DNA of 64,000 nucleotides from Pelomyxa schiedti (taxonomy: Eukaryota > Protista > Evosea). Every line of letters starts with the position of its first letter. Position 1 is the first letter of the stretch. The stretch covers positions 1 through 64,000 of the forward strand of contig JAHLWZ010000800.1 in NCBI GenBank assembly GCA_020536535.1, read 5' to 3'. The notes under the pieces are model-generated. The model was not told where the DNA came from, ran no database searches, and saw only the letters and a program-made list of their open reading frames with translations. This document shows, piece after piece, positions 36,552 through 49,102 of this stretch. Made by a program: the position numbers and the translations under genes.

Positions 36552-39500
36552 ATGAAGCTGAGACACAAAGAACAGGGTGCCCTCACGAATCTCGCATCTA
36601 CAACTACGGCCTCATTTTACTCTCTTTGGGTTGCATTCGTTGGTCATGTGTGGTCTGTACTGCTACGCTTTTTCGATGTGGTGACACCTCCGTTGATTCG
36701 CTTCGTGCTGGCGGTTTCTGGTCTGCCGAGAATTGTGACCTTGTGGCTCGTTCAGTTGTTTACCCTGAAATTGTCTGGTTTCATTATCCGAAGCTTTGCA
36801 GAAATGGAGTACAGTGATACTGGGAAAGTCTTTTGCTGGTTTCCTCGCGCCTACTTACTTGTGGGTGTACGAGTGCACACAGTTCTTGGATACACCTGGC
36901 ATCTCGGCCGTGTTTTGACAATGGAGCTTTTGCATCGTCTGTATGTTCGTGGCATGGTATAACGAACAGTACCATTTGCATTTTATTTACCCCTGTAGGT
37001 AACATGTAATACAGTCACTGTTGCACAACCCTCTGATGAAATTTCCGATACCACCACTCTTTACATACGTCGAATGTATTTTGCCATATCAGATATTTTT
37101 AATAGGCCAATTTCTGGTGAGCTAGTCAGTCCATTATTTCTTACTTACATGACGAATAGGTGGACCTGGATCGTGGGTTCCAGTGATGAATAGAAAGTGG
37201 GAAGGTGATGTACTCAACAACAACCTGAAACTCGTACTTACTGGAGAGGAGCGCAAGTGCCTTAATCTCAGCTCATATAACTACCTTGGCTTTGGGGGCT
37301 TCCATCCTACAGTTACACCTTTAATAGAAGAGACTCTGCGAAGTACCCCTATTTCCCTTGGTGAGCATCGTCGTTAGCGCCCATTATTTTACTTACCTTT
37401 CATGCAGCTGCCCCGAGAATTATGAAGTGCTCTGATGAGCAGCTGCTGGCTGAACTCAAAATAGCTCGCTTCGTGGGAAAGGAGGATGCCTTTATCGTGC
37501 CTATGGGCTTCTGCACGAACTCCACTGTGATACCTCAGCTTGTTGGAGAGAGATGCCTCATATTGTCTGACTATTTCAATCATGCTTCTATCATCAGTGG
37601 AACAAGGTTTGCTCCAATTCACTTTCTTTTTTACTTACTCCTTTAGGCTTTCCAAGGCAACGGTACGCATTTTCAAGCACAATAACATGCATGATCTCCA
37701 AATGCACCTGGATTTGGCCACATCGGAAATTTCATCAGGTATTTCTTATTCCCTATGAAACACCACCTAACAGTAATTTCAAGGCAAACAGCATTGGCGT
37801 AAAATTATGATCATTGTGGAAGGGCTATATAGTATGGAAGGGGACTTGTGCCCTCTTCCACAACTTGTGGAATTAAAGAAGCTGTATGGTGCATACCTCT
37901 ATGTTGATGAGGCCCATAGCATTGGCGCCGTTGGTCCAAGTGGGAAGGGTGTTTGCGATTTCTATGGGGTGGACCCAAATCAAGTAGACATTCTTATGGG
38001 TAACAAGTCGCATCCTCACCATATGTATCTGATTCACTTAGGAACCTTCACAAAGTCTTTTGCTTCTATTGGAGGGTACGTTGCAGGGTCCCGAGATCTA
38101 ATTTCACATCTCCGCACTTCAAGTGCTGCAGCAGTACATGGAACCCCTTTACCACCACCATGTGCCAGACAGATTTGTGAAGTGATCGACGCACTATCCA
38201 GTGATGATGGCCGGCAACAAATAGCACAATTACATAAAAATAGCACTCTTTTCCGACAAGGTATTTCTATAGTACACTTTCCCTTTCTCCATCTAACCTT
38301 TTGACGAAAAAGGACTGGCTAATATGGGTTGTTGGATTCTGGGAAATCCAAATTCACCCGTTGTTCCAATTTTACTTCATCACCCCAACAAGATTACTGC
38401 GTTTTCCCGCCAGTGTTTAGAGAATAGCATTGCTGTGGTTTGTGTGGGATACCCGGCAACACAATTGTTTTATGCAAGGTCTCACGCAAACAAATTTTTC
38501 CAGTACTCAATCTTTCAGGGCACGGTTTTGCATCAGCTCAGCACATAAGGAAGAAGATTTGTATGAAGCACTTGCAAAAATTGCACCAGTTGTTAAGAGT
38601 GTGGGTGTGGACTACTTTAAGTATTGGACACGCACACCAAAAAACGAAGATCTACATGGTTCAACACCATATTATCTTAGCAGCAATTTCCTAACTGTCT
38701 CAAAGTTTCTAAAAGACCTGGCCTCATTCCATCATCATTTGAACCTTTGAGACCCTCTCTCTCTGTGTTTCCTCATTCCCCGCCTGTTTCTTCACTGGTG
38801 GATTTCTATTCGTAAGTCTATGGCTGTATCCACTGTGGTAATAATAAGCAGATTTGATTTCCTAGGCCTTTCTGATGAAGCGACCACAAAAGAGGCATGT
38901 GCCAAGACAATGAAGCTATATGGGTGCGGAGCCTGCGGGCCAAGGGGGTTTTATGGCACAACAGCAGAACACTTGGCATTGGATAAAGCTTTGGCAGAGT
39001 TTACCAACACTGAGCAGGCAGTTGTTTACTCGTATGTGTTTTTTTTCAAGAGAATAATCTATAATCTTGTTTATTGACCTAAAAAGGTATGGCCTATCAG
39101 TGATGAGTAGTGTCTTACCAGCACTCTTACCTCAAGTGATTGTGTATGACTCCGCTGCAAATTTTTCAATCATGATGGGTATCCAGCTTGCTAAGTGCCC
39201 AGTACGTTTTACTTCTCCAAATAACTTTTCTAATTTCATTTCATTCTGGGAAAAGAACTTTTCATTTAATCACAATGACATGAATTCTCTTGGCCAAGTC
39301 CTCGAAGTCGTTGGTAAATCTAGGTATCAAAGACTTAACTCACACATCCATAGGGGCAGATCACCCAAACACCCGGACATTGGTTGTTACCGAAGGTGTC
39401 TTTGTCAATACTGGTGATATTTGTCCTCTTGTGCAACTCTATCACTTGCGAGACGTTCACGGTTTCATTCTTGTGGTTGATGAGTCTCTGTCTCTTGGCA

Positions 39501-40244
39501 CTCTTGGGGCGACTGGGCACGGGGTTGGAGAAATCTTTGATGAGTTCGGTGGTGCGAGGAGAAGATACGACCATATAGTTGTTGCATCTCTTGAGTATTC
39601 CGTGGCGGCCATGGGAGGATTTTGCTGTGGGCCGTCCAGTCTTGTTGGGACACAGGTTTCTACCCTGTTTTTACTTCAATTATTTTAACATCATCAAGCC
39701 ACTTTCTGGTGCTGCTTATTGTTTCAGTGCTGCCATGCCTCCTTTCCTCTGTACGGCTGCCATGTGCTCTCTACAAGCTATTCCAAGCCTCTTACCGGAA
39801 CTGCAAAAGAATGCTGCCCAACTGTGGAACGCTTTGCGAAGCAAGCCTATCCCCGGCTTGTCTATTTCAAATGACCAACACAACGAGGGGCCATTCGATC
39901 TTCCTCCAGTTATTCATCTGTCTATCGATCAGTCGCTTGCCGCACAGCACAGTTTGACTTTCGAGAACCAGTTGGCACTGTTGAAAGACATTGAAGCTGG
40001 ACTGGCTGCTCAGGGAGTGGCAGTCACCTGTGTACCTACGCGTTGTGCACTTGAAGAGGGTAAATCACCAGGACTCTAAATGCCACTCTCACACCTTGTA
40101 GAACCTCAACACAATGTAGTACCATCCGTCCGCCTGTGCATTCATAGGAACCACGCAGCACATGATATTGACGCCCTGGTTTTCTACCTCCAAGCCGTTG
40201 CCAAGTCATCTGCACTCAACTCTTTTCTTGACGTTACTCCATAA
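36552..40244 (+). CDS. SPT (LCB2-LCB1): Serine palmitoyltransferase, probable single-chain LCB2-LCB1 fusion
   Basis: LCB2 half: RPISG, CLNLSSYNYLGF, EGLYSMEGD, DEAHSIG, GTFTKSF (PLP Lys), ARFCISSAH. LCB1 half: DFYSFDFLGL, YGCGACGPRGFYGT, DESLSLG, YCFSAAMPPF. The LCB1 frame has no own ATG. Intron 38621-38715 joins the halves in frame. Confidence 0.8.
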
Positions 40245-40337
40245 TTCCAAAAAATCAACTTTTTTTTCCTATGCTCTTTACAGTTGTTATGTAGTAGTGA
40301 CAGGTAGACAGACAAAAAGCAATCCCTTTTGTTGTAC

Positions 40338-43300
40338 TTAGACCTGCTTTACTGGTGCCATTTGTTTTTCTACGTAGGCTATGAAGTGTTTAGTACAGAA
40401 TGAGATGATTCGAGACGGGAACCAACCTTTTATGTCAGTCTTATTTGATTGGGTGGCCAGATCCGCCGCAGTGAGACCTGTGACATCTCTGGCACAAGCC
40501 AACTCTGCCTCGTTTTTAGAAAGAGATGCGGACATTAGCAGCATCACGGCAATGGGGAGTGAGCCTGAATGAGTAGGTGAGTTCGGAGGTGGGATTTTGG
40601 TTTGCTGTTAGAGAAACCGGAAACGCTGCAAGCATGGAGGGCGGTTCTTTGAGTTTCTGGGTGCTTCCAGAAAACGTCGGCTCTCTCTGACAGTGCAAAA
40701 AGGGAGCCTTGTAGGTCATTAGTTAGTGCTGCCTGGTAAAGCTCCTATGCAAAGTTATACAGCAATAATCGAAAAAAAAAAAAAAAACGAACTTGGCTTA
40801 GCACTTCAGGCGATTTGTTCGATTGCAGGGTGTACGCTCGATTCGCGTACTTATCGCGTATGAATTTGTCTTTGGCTGCTCTTTGGGAGAGGTCAGTAAG
40901 TAGCTTCATATTGTTGGCATATACCGTGGATCTGTGGAGCACGGCTTCACTCCCTGCGGCATTCTGGCTTCCCAAACCTTATTGCCCAATGCATTTCCCA
41001 TTGCTTTCATATACTTGTTTTGTGTGAATTCATGTGGATAATGATTTATCTACCAACCAGGAAAACAGGGAGCTCCAGTTTATCAAGAGTGAGAGAGCGT
41101 ACTTTCGTTATGTGTGTACCCAAACTGGAGGAAATAAAAAAAGGTGAGAGTTATTTATGCCTGTACATTTACCTCCGATGTACACCAGAACACTTTTCTT
41201 ACATGAGAAAAAAAAAGGGTAGGAAGAGATGGTATTAACCTGAATGCAAAATAGTACTCCGAGGTTAATTGAGGCCCAATCAGGGTCTATTCTTTATTTA
41301 GAGGAAAAGGAAGGCGGTAAAGCAACCTTCAGCCCCACAGTCTGCACATATGCAATTGAACCGGCCAACTTGTTTTAATTCGGCCCAGCATTCTTCAGGG
41401 GATGGTCCTGTAAGTGCCGCAGCTGATGAATCCTGTTAAAAGTCAAAGGCCATAAAAATAAAGGTAAAATACTTTTGCAATTGCCTCTGCCTGACTGGCT
41501 TCTTTTTCAGAGACAACATTCGCCAACTGTGACATAATTGCAGCTTCAAACATTTTTTTCCAGTCAGCTACTTCTTCTGGAGACGAAAACTTGTGTGCAT
41601 TAAAAACAAAAGACAAAATATCTACCGCACACCTGAAGAGGGTACCTCTTGTCAATCGACCACAGTTCCAAGCTATTTTTCTTAGAAGGAAAGGGTTTTA
41701 CTGTGGAGGTAACCAAAGAGAAAGAGAGCTCTGAGGAATTTGCCATGAATTTCTGGGGTTGGTAAATAACTACTAAAAGACAATCGGCTACCTGTTCGTT
41801 TTTAAAAACGTAGAAGTGGCCTGCTTTTATTGCAGCATATCGCTTTTTACCAGCAAATTGTATAGTGGCGGCAATGTCTGGTACACCAAAAGCCTGTATG
41901 TTACCCTTTTAGTGAGTTCACATAGAGTACGACAAGAAGTACTGAAGTAACAGGAGCAGCTTCTTTCTTCGTTGTCTCTGGTTTTTTAGTGTCTTCTTTG
42001 GCAGGTTCCTTTTCTGCTTTGCGGATTTCCCTAATAATCGATTGGAAGCAGTTATCAATATCCTGATAGTGACCCATTGCTGCCGATGTCTCGTAGAAAG
42101 GGCACTTGAATCTCAAGAAGTGTAAGTGTAAGTTTTTCCTCCAAATTTACCTGTAGGCAACACTAATACCCTCTTTTGTTGTTACTTGCTTTTCTTCAGC
42201 AGTGCAGTCACCTAAAATGAAAGTCAAGAGTGAACCAAAGTGGGAAGCCTCACAATGTGTTGCTACTAGGGTAAAAGGAGGTGTCTTGGCTTTCTTGAGA
42301 GCCACAATTTCCGACCGAAATTTTGGTACCAAATCGAAGGTTTCCACAGACGTTGAGCTGTAGCAGCATATAAAGCCATCTGCCCAATTGATCCACTGCC
42401 GATGGTCAAAACCCAGTAAAGTTATAAAATTTGAACCTTGGGATGCATGCCATAGAAGCTACTGTCCCCAGAGGTGTCCATAATGTGTAATACACATTCT
42501 TGGCCGTCAACACTGTAGGGAGTGCTGTAGCTGTCCTCTGATAGAGAATTTTTTTTAAAAAATCGTTTTTTGTAGGAAGTTAATTGAACAATTTACCTAC
42601 AGTTGGATCGTTATCTTCTTCAAACTTAGGAAGAATTAACAGTCAAAAAACGAATGGGGATACGCATACAGTATCAAAGAGAAGCCGCACTACAAGTCTA
42701 GATTTTCCAGCCCATTGGGGTCCAAACATACACTGCATATTAAATGAGAAGTACGAAATGCAGCAGCTAAGGCTGTTTACCACTTTGTATTCTGGAAGTT
42801 TTTTGCCCTTTGGGATAGGTTTGTGGATGGCATGAGCTCGTGCAGGAGGACTGCTCATCAGAGGGTATTGGGAATTGTTGTCCATCTCGTGGCCTTCATC
42901 ATTTATCACTATTCCTCCAATTACTGCCATGCTACTTGCAGAGGCAGTAGTGTTGGTATGGTTGGATGAGGTGGAACTTGGAGTAGAAGCAGAAGGAGGG
43001 GTTGCCACACTTGCAGAAGCTTGTGTAGGCTACAAGGGGACAGAGGCAAGATAAGAACATGGTAAAGCAGTTACTATATCATAAATAATAAAGAGTGGAA
43101 CTACCCTGGCGGTACTAGTTGTTTGCTGTGGAGGCACGACTGCCCCAGTGCTAGGGAGGGAGGCAGAAGCGGAAGTGGGGGAAGATGTTAGTCTTGGAGG
43201 CAGTGTCTCGGAAGGCGAAACTGGTGGTGGAAGGGATGGTGGGGGAACAGATGTAGATGGTGGGGGAAGAGATGGCGGAGGAAGAGACGGTGGGGGTGCA

Positions 43301-44953
43301 ATGGGTGGTGGGATGATGGGCGGTTCAATTGGAGGAAGATTATCTTGTGTAACGGGTGGCGTGGCTTCAGGTATTGGAGGTGGGTAGTCTGGCGGTAATA
43401 GGGGAGGGGTGTTGCTTGGCGGTAGGACTGGTGGAGAAGGTGATTGTTCTGGAGGTGAGCTACACGAAGGAGATTGTTCTGGTGGTGAGATAGTTAAAGG
43501 TGATTGTTCTGGAGGTGAGTTGATTGGAGGTGATTGTTCTGGAGGTGAGGTAGTTGAAGGCGAGGTTACCAAACTGGAAGGAGAGGGTGACCGATTGGGT
43601 GGGGTGTGTGACTCAGTGGTATCTGGAGTTGGTGGTGGAACTGGTGGAGGAATGGTAGGGGGAGGGGCAATCTCTAGAGAAGGTGAAGGAGCACTAGCTG
43701 GAGCTAGACTTCACGTTAGAACCTTTGACAATTTTTTAGTTGAACTGCATCTACCTTTCTGGTTAGAGAGTAAGCCTGGCTTCCGGGGAGCATATGGAGG
43801 CGCTTTTGCCCCAGTTCTCTGCCAATCTGATTTAACTTGTGGGGGGTTGCTAGAAGGTGTTTGCTGCAGTGTATTGCTCTGGGTGGCAGATGGTAAGGGT
43901 TGGCTCCCTTTGGGAGACTTCGGTGTGGCTTGTATCTGTTTACGTTAAGAAAGAGAAGATACAAATTCCTATAACTTACAGATCCCTCTAAGCCAGTTCC
44001 AGGAAGGCAAATCCATTTTCTAGGTTGTTGTGTAACTGGGAAAAAAAAGTGAAAATGAGAGGAAGAAACCCATTTTTATCCTTCTCGAAATAGAATAGCT
44101 CATTGGCCGAATTTACAGTGCACACATTAGGAATAAGTGCTCCTCCTTTTCCAAATAGGTCCTTAGGTGAATTGTGAAATTAGGTTCTTAGGGATTTTAA
44201 GGGTAGAAACCTTCACTGTGAGAGACCACTCTTCTTTTGAGAGAGGAACATGGTCCTCCGTATTGGGGACCACTCGTCTCACATTGAATTTCTTATCATC
44301 CAAAACTTGAAAGTGCTGTCATTGTCTGTTAAAAAGAAAACCCTTAACATTAGAAAGGTACTTCGGCAAGCAAAGGTGCTACTTCAGTCATTTTCATAGA
44401 CCCGGGGAAATTTATTGTGGCATGCCACAGGTTTGACTTGTCATGGCAAACAACAGATATTACTGCACAGCGAAATTAACAGGCAGGAGTCATGAAAATT
44501 GATACCATCACCATGAACACTTTTAAGCTCTCTAGGTGGTAAAACGGGTGATGCACCGGACAGACCAGGCAAAAGTCTCGGGCTATCTGCAGCGCTTGTG
44601 GATTGTGTGGCGTTGGTAGTGACGTGATGGAGGGGTGGAGTGCCACTAGTAACAGGAAGAGCGCGGCCCTTAACCGCTACGGTGGTCGTAGTAGTTTTAA
44701 CAGGCGAAGCCGAGCGAGTGGCACTGGATGTTGGATGAGGGGTAGTGGAGCCGGACGGCGTTTGAGCGCGTGCTTGATGTTGCAGCTGGTGTTGTTGGGC
44801 ATGCGCAGCCGTGGCAGCGGCCAAGGCAGCCGCGAAAGCTGGATTTTTAGGGGGAGTTGCCACCACTACGGGTACACCAGGGGCACCAGAACCAGGGTCC
44901 TTGTCCTTGTTTGTAGGTGTACCTTTGGTCGTCTTTGTCGTTGATCCGCTCAT
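40338..44953 (-). CDS. AGAP/centaurin-gamma-like protein: Pro-rich region, Ras-like GTPase, PH, ArfGAP, ankyrin repeats
   Basis: GPQWAGKS, EDSYS, MDTSG, YETSA; PH KKRYAAIKAGHFYVFK...ADWKKMF; ArfGAP CADCGAED PDWASINLGVLFCIQ CSGVHRSLGTHITKVRSLTLD, RDKFIRDKY; ankyrin-like GLTAADLA. Confidence 0.85.
43436..43555 (-). repeat. 30-bp tandem repeat x4 encoding SPPEQSP units
   Basis: Plus-strand ggtgattgttctggaggtgag recurs at 30-nt period. Confidence 0.85.
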
Positions 44954-45111
44954 CGCGCCGTGCGTGTTCTCTCCTTGCGGTGTTTTCTTTTTATTTGTGA
45001 TTTTTTAAACTTCGTGTACAAAAGAAACACGGCGTTTCAATTTTTTGATTTTTATGAAATGAGTTGACACTTTAAGGAATAAAATGGATCTAAGTACACT
45101 TGAGATCTGAC

Positions 45112-46271
45112 TTACGCGAGAGTGCAGCCCTGTTCCTTTGCTGGTTTCGGTCCGGTGGGTACGTACGGCCCTGCGGGGTGCGGCTCTTGTTGCATTCTAG
45201 TGTACAGAGCCATTTTCGCAACCAAGGATCGCAGTTGAGGTATGTTGTGCCCTGTAATTAGATCTGGTGGGTCTTTTCTTTTGCTTGTTGTTGTAGTTGA
45301 GTGTAGTGATTATTTGAATTCTGATCGAGATGCAGAATAAAGAAAGAACCTGTGAGGGCGGATATGGGCACAAAGGCATCAGCCCCAATTTTCTGAGCTT
45401 GTTTTCTCGCTTCTGAAACGGGCACATGTTTGGATGATTTACTTGGTTCCGCTTTTATGTGTTGTATGAGATCATATTTCAAACCGCAGACCACTATCTG
45501 TTTTTTTTCCAGGGTGATATGTTGGAGACTTCGGGTAATTGACAAAACCTTCGCGTTTTTCATATAGGGTTTCGCCTGTTCCACCCAACCCTCTAGCTCC
45601 TCATAGCCGCCCCCATGTCTGGAGGACATATCAAAGCACAAAAGACATACACTGCATCGGAAGCGTATCATCTCTACTATGTTAGAAATAACTAGGACTG
45701 CAAGCATATAAATGAGACCGGATAATGAAAAGACCTCTCATATTTTGATGGAACTATGTTCGATTGTGTGAACAAGAGGCTCATAAGAGTAAGAATAACT
45801 TACACCAGAACTCTAGTTTGACAGAACCATCAAGTACCGGTACGTCCCTGAAAAGAAAAGCAGCACCCAAATTGTGTTCCATAAATTCATCACGTGCAAG
45901 TCTGAGGACAATAGTAAGGGCATAAAAAAAAAGGCAAGTGTAATAACCTGTACATAAGAGAAGTCATGCCCATGCCCGATGAAGAGAGGGGCAAAGGGAG
46001 AACTTTTGCAGTAGCCCATTCCTTTGGTAAAGCCTTTGCGGTCTTAATGCTTAACTCACACGGAACAAATTCCAGGGCAAAAAACTTCTCCTTGAGGATA
46101 CGCAGCTTGCTGGGTATTTTTTACTTTGCATAGGAGAAAAGTGGCTGACCTAATTGCACATCGGTAGAATTCTTTGTTGACAAGGCAAACACTTGCCAGA
46201 TAGCCAACATCAGAAGACAGGTACTCCACAATTACCTCTACAACGACACCTTGAAACACTCCACCAGACAT
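45112..46271 (-). CDS. F-box protein fused to a degenerate Rab/Rho-like GTPase domain, ending in a CaaX motif
   Basis: F-box VVVEVIVEYLSSDVGYLASVCLVNKEFY; SSSGMGMTSLMYRLARDEFMEHNLGAAFL..VKLEFW (Rab5-like, P-loop K>M); VCGLKYD; ISALTG; last exon ...KEQGCTLA*. Confidence 0.7.
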
Positions 46272-46866
46272 ACCATCAAAAAATGATAACCGTTTGAAGT
46301 TCAAGGAAACGTGGAAAACCGTTTCCCAACGGCATAAATAAAAAAAAAAACCTACCTGCCTTACAGCAGCATGGGACAAGGCAACACTAAAAGTTCCCCC
46401 CCGCCTTCTGATGGAGGAACAACAAGTGACACCTTCGTCTTCCCTCCAGACGAGAAATCCAGTAAACCCAAGAAATCCAAGAAACAGGACCACCGTGAAA
46501 CGTGCTCAAAGTGACCTTGTCAAAACAGGGGAAGGAAAAGAACAAAAAGGTACCATCACCTCTTCTACGGCACGATTCCAACCAACATCAAAAAACTTGG
46601 TGCACAGAACATTCTGGGTTCACGCGTTCAAGGAGCAGATGGCGATCTGTATACCAAATAAAACAAGGAATAACTCTTGCCCAACATAGAGAACTGCAAA
46701 ACAAACCCCGGGTTCTCTAAACTCCCTTCGGTGGGCACGATTTCCAGAACAAACAAGAAAAAAAAAAAAACCGGGAGGCCGTGTCGTTGTTTTGAACCGC
46801 GGTGCACGAACGAAACCTGTCGTTGTTTTGTGCCGGGAAAAGAGAGCTAGCTACATACGCCAGTTG

Positions 46867-49100
46867 ATGGGACAGACCCAGACACGCAAGTACGTCTCCT
46901 CGCGGGACGTGGACGACGACGGAGGCCCCGAGAGCAGCCGCAGCTCGCGTGGCGGCTACGGCGGCGGCGGCGGGGGCGGGGGCGAGACGCTGAGCACGAG
47001 CGAGAGCAGCTACAGCTGCAGCTGCAGCGGGAGCTGCACCAACAACAGCATCACGAGCACCAGCAGCGAGGAGGACGAGGAGGACGACGCGGGCTGCTGC
47101 GCCTCCTCGTCGCCCAAGAGGAAGCCCCTGGTCTCGGGCACGGCCACGGGCACGGGCTCGGGCTCCGCTTCTTCGCCGACGGCCGGCGCTTCTTCGTCGG
47201 GATCGCGGGGGGGTACGAAAGCCGCGGCGGTTTCTCGCGATCGCAAGTCCAAGGAAAAGATCAAGGACTGGCCTCCGGAGCAAGTGGTACTGTATTGTAC
47301 TATTGCACTGATCATATCGTTTCCTTTAATTTTTTTTTTTCCCCCTTCTTCCCTTTTGCTTTTTTGTACGAACTGAATTTGAATTTTTTTTAAAAAAAAC
47401 AAAAAAGGTAGCAACTACTGATGAGGGAGAGGCCATTATCACTGGTCATTCGGAGGAGCAATTCCACAACAAAGGGTACTTTGACCAGCGCAAAGACAAT
47501 CGCACCACACAAGGAACAGAGTGCACTGCCAAACCGAACGTTCAGGCAATTCCTTCCTCTCCAGAGCACAAGGCTTCTCCTCCGCAAGCTGCAAATTCTC
47601 CGATTCAAAATCCGTCCAGTCCTCCAAGTGAACTTGGCTCAGCACACACCCCAGCTTCAACCCACCTTGTGCAATCAGACTTGACATTACCAAATCCCAC
47701 ACCAACCCCCAATTCCCCACACACAACTCCCTCAAAGCCCCTTATAGACCTTACCACTACAACAATCACTGTAGCAGTTAGCTCACCAATTCACAATACC
47801 CCTCATATCATTACACCAGATAATTCTACTACAGTATCACCTATAGCTCCAACAGTGTTACCTATAGTTACAATTGAACCAACCAGTCAAATTCCAGACA
47901 CTAACCCCAAACCTTCTGAAGTAACTGCACCCGAAGCAAAACATCTGGAAGTAAATGCTCTTGAAACTAGCGCAGTGGAAGCAAACTTGCCCGAACTAGC
48001 AGAAAAGTTACCTGAACCGTTGGTCAAGTTACCTGAAGTAACAACCGCAGAAACAAAACTTCCCGAACAAACAGTAACAGTAACAGTACCAGTACCAGTA
48101 ACGGAAACAAAACTGCCCTCTGTCCTTGTCTCAGAAACTAATAACGAGCCTGGCTCTTCCATTATGCCCGATAAAGCCAATCCCTCCCAATGTGAAGCAC
48201 TGCCAAAACTACCTGAAGCAACAGAACCGGAAACCCCTGCAACTGCAGGGAATGAAGGCGCTGCGAGTTCTACTATCAGTGTCCCCTTAGAAGCACCCAA
48301 ACCAACGGAACAAGTGCCAACAAAATCTGCGGAGCCCACATCACAAACAATCGACACACCCCAGCCTGAATCAACTCCTCCACCGGAACCAGTCCCCATC
48401 ACAACACCTACACAAGAACAAACTGCAGCACCAATTCCGGAACAAATCATAGCACCAAGCCCAGAACAATTAATGCAAACCATAGCACAAGATTCCACAC
48501 AAATTGCTAGTCTTCTAGCACAAATGCCACTCAAAGAGAAACACAAACACACCAGATACCACTCTCTCAAGACCAAAAAGACAAAACATGACGGACCGAT
48601 GTCTGCAGGCTCCTCACAAACACTGCCTCTTCCCAGCCGCCACAAAAAATCCTCCTCAACATCAGACAAAACATCGCCATCTTCATCTTCCTCTTCCGCT
48701 TCAGCTTCAGCTTCCGCACACAAGAAGGCCGTAGATATCCCCGATTGGGTTGGAACCATGGTCAAAGAGTCCCAGGCTAAACCACCACCCCTATTTCACC
48801 TCCGCGCCGCGAAAGGAGGCAAACCTGCAACAGGGTCAATGACCACCTCCCTTTTAGCTACTTCCACCCGTAGTCCAGCATTACCTCAAGACACCGCTTC
48901 TCTTAGTGTATCTACCCCAGTAGCTGACATTTCCACACAACAAGCCACAGGGGAGACCATGATGGTGAGTGCTATGTGATAATAACTTTACTCCTATCTC
49001 CTGTATTGGAGTATTTTTCTTCCCTCCCTTTTGATACAAGGGTGTACACTGGCCTGGCCCCCCAAAAAGAAAACAAAAGTTTTTTCAAAACTGTATCTAG
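46867..49100 (+). CDS. Hypothetical low-complexity S/T/P/E-rich protein (MG start, possibly myristoylated) carrying a fumarase-derived peptide
   Basis: GC-rich first exon MGQTQTRK...DWPPEQ, then a long open exon with KLPE repeats. Terminal exon uncertain (stop 49100, or 49179 with another acceptor). Confidence 0.55.
48140..48203 (+). repeat. 64-bp inverted duplicate of 51403-51466 (fumarase SS-loop)
   Basis: aataacgagcctggctcttccattatgccc...caatgtgaagcactgc; 59/64 identical by manual alignment to the reverse complement of 51403-51466. Confidence 0.9.
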
Positions 49101-49102
49101 TT

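Noticed and set aside
46411-46689. 92-aa plus-strand ORF between the F-box gene and the 46867 gene
   Set aside because: No motif, lies in a divergent promoter region, no supporting splice structure.
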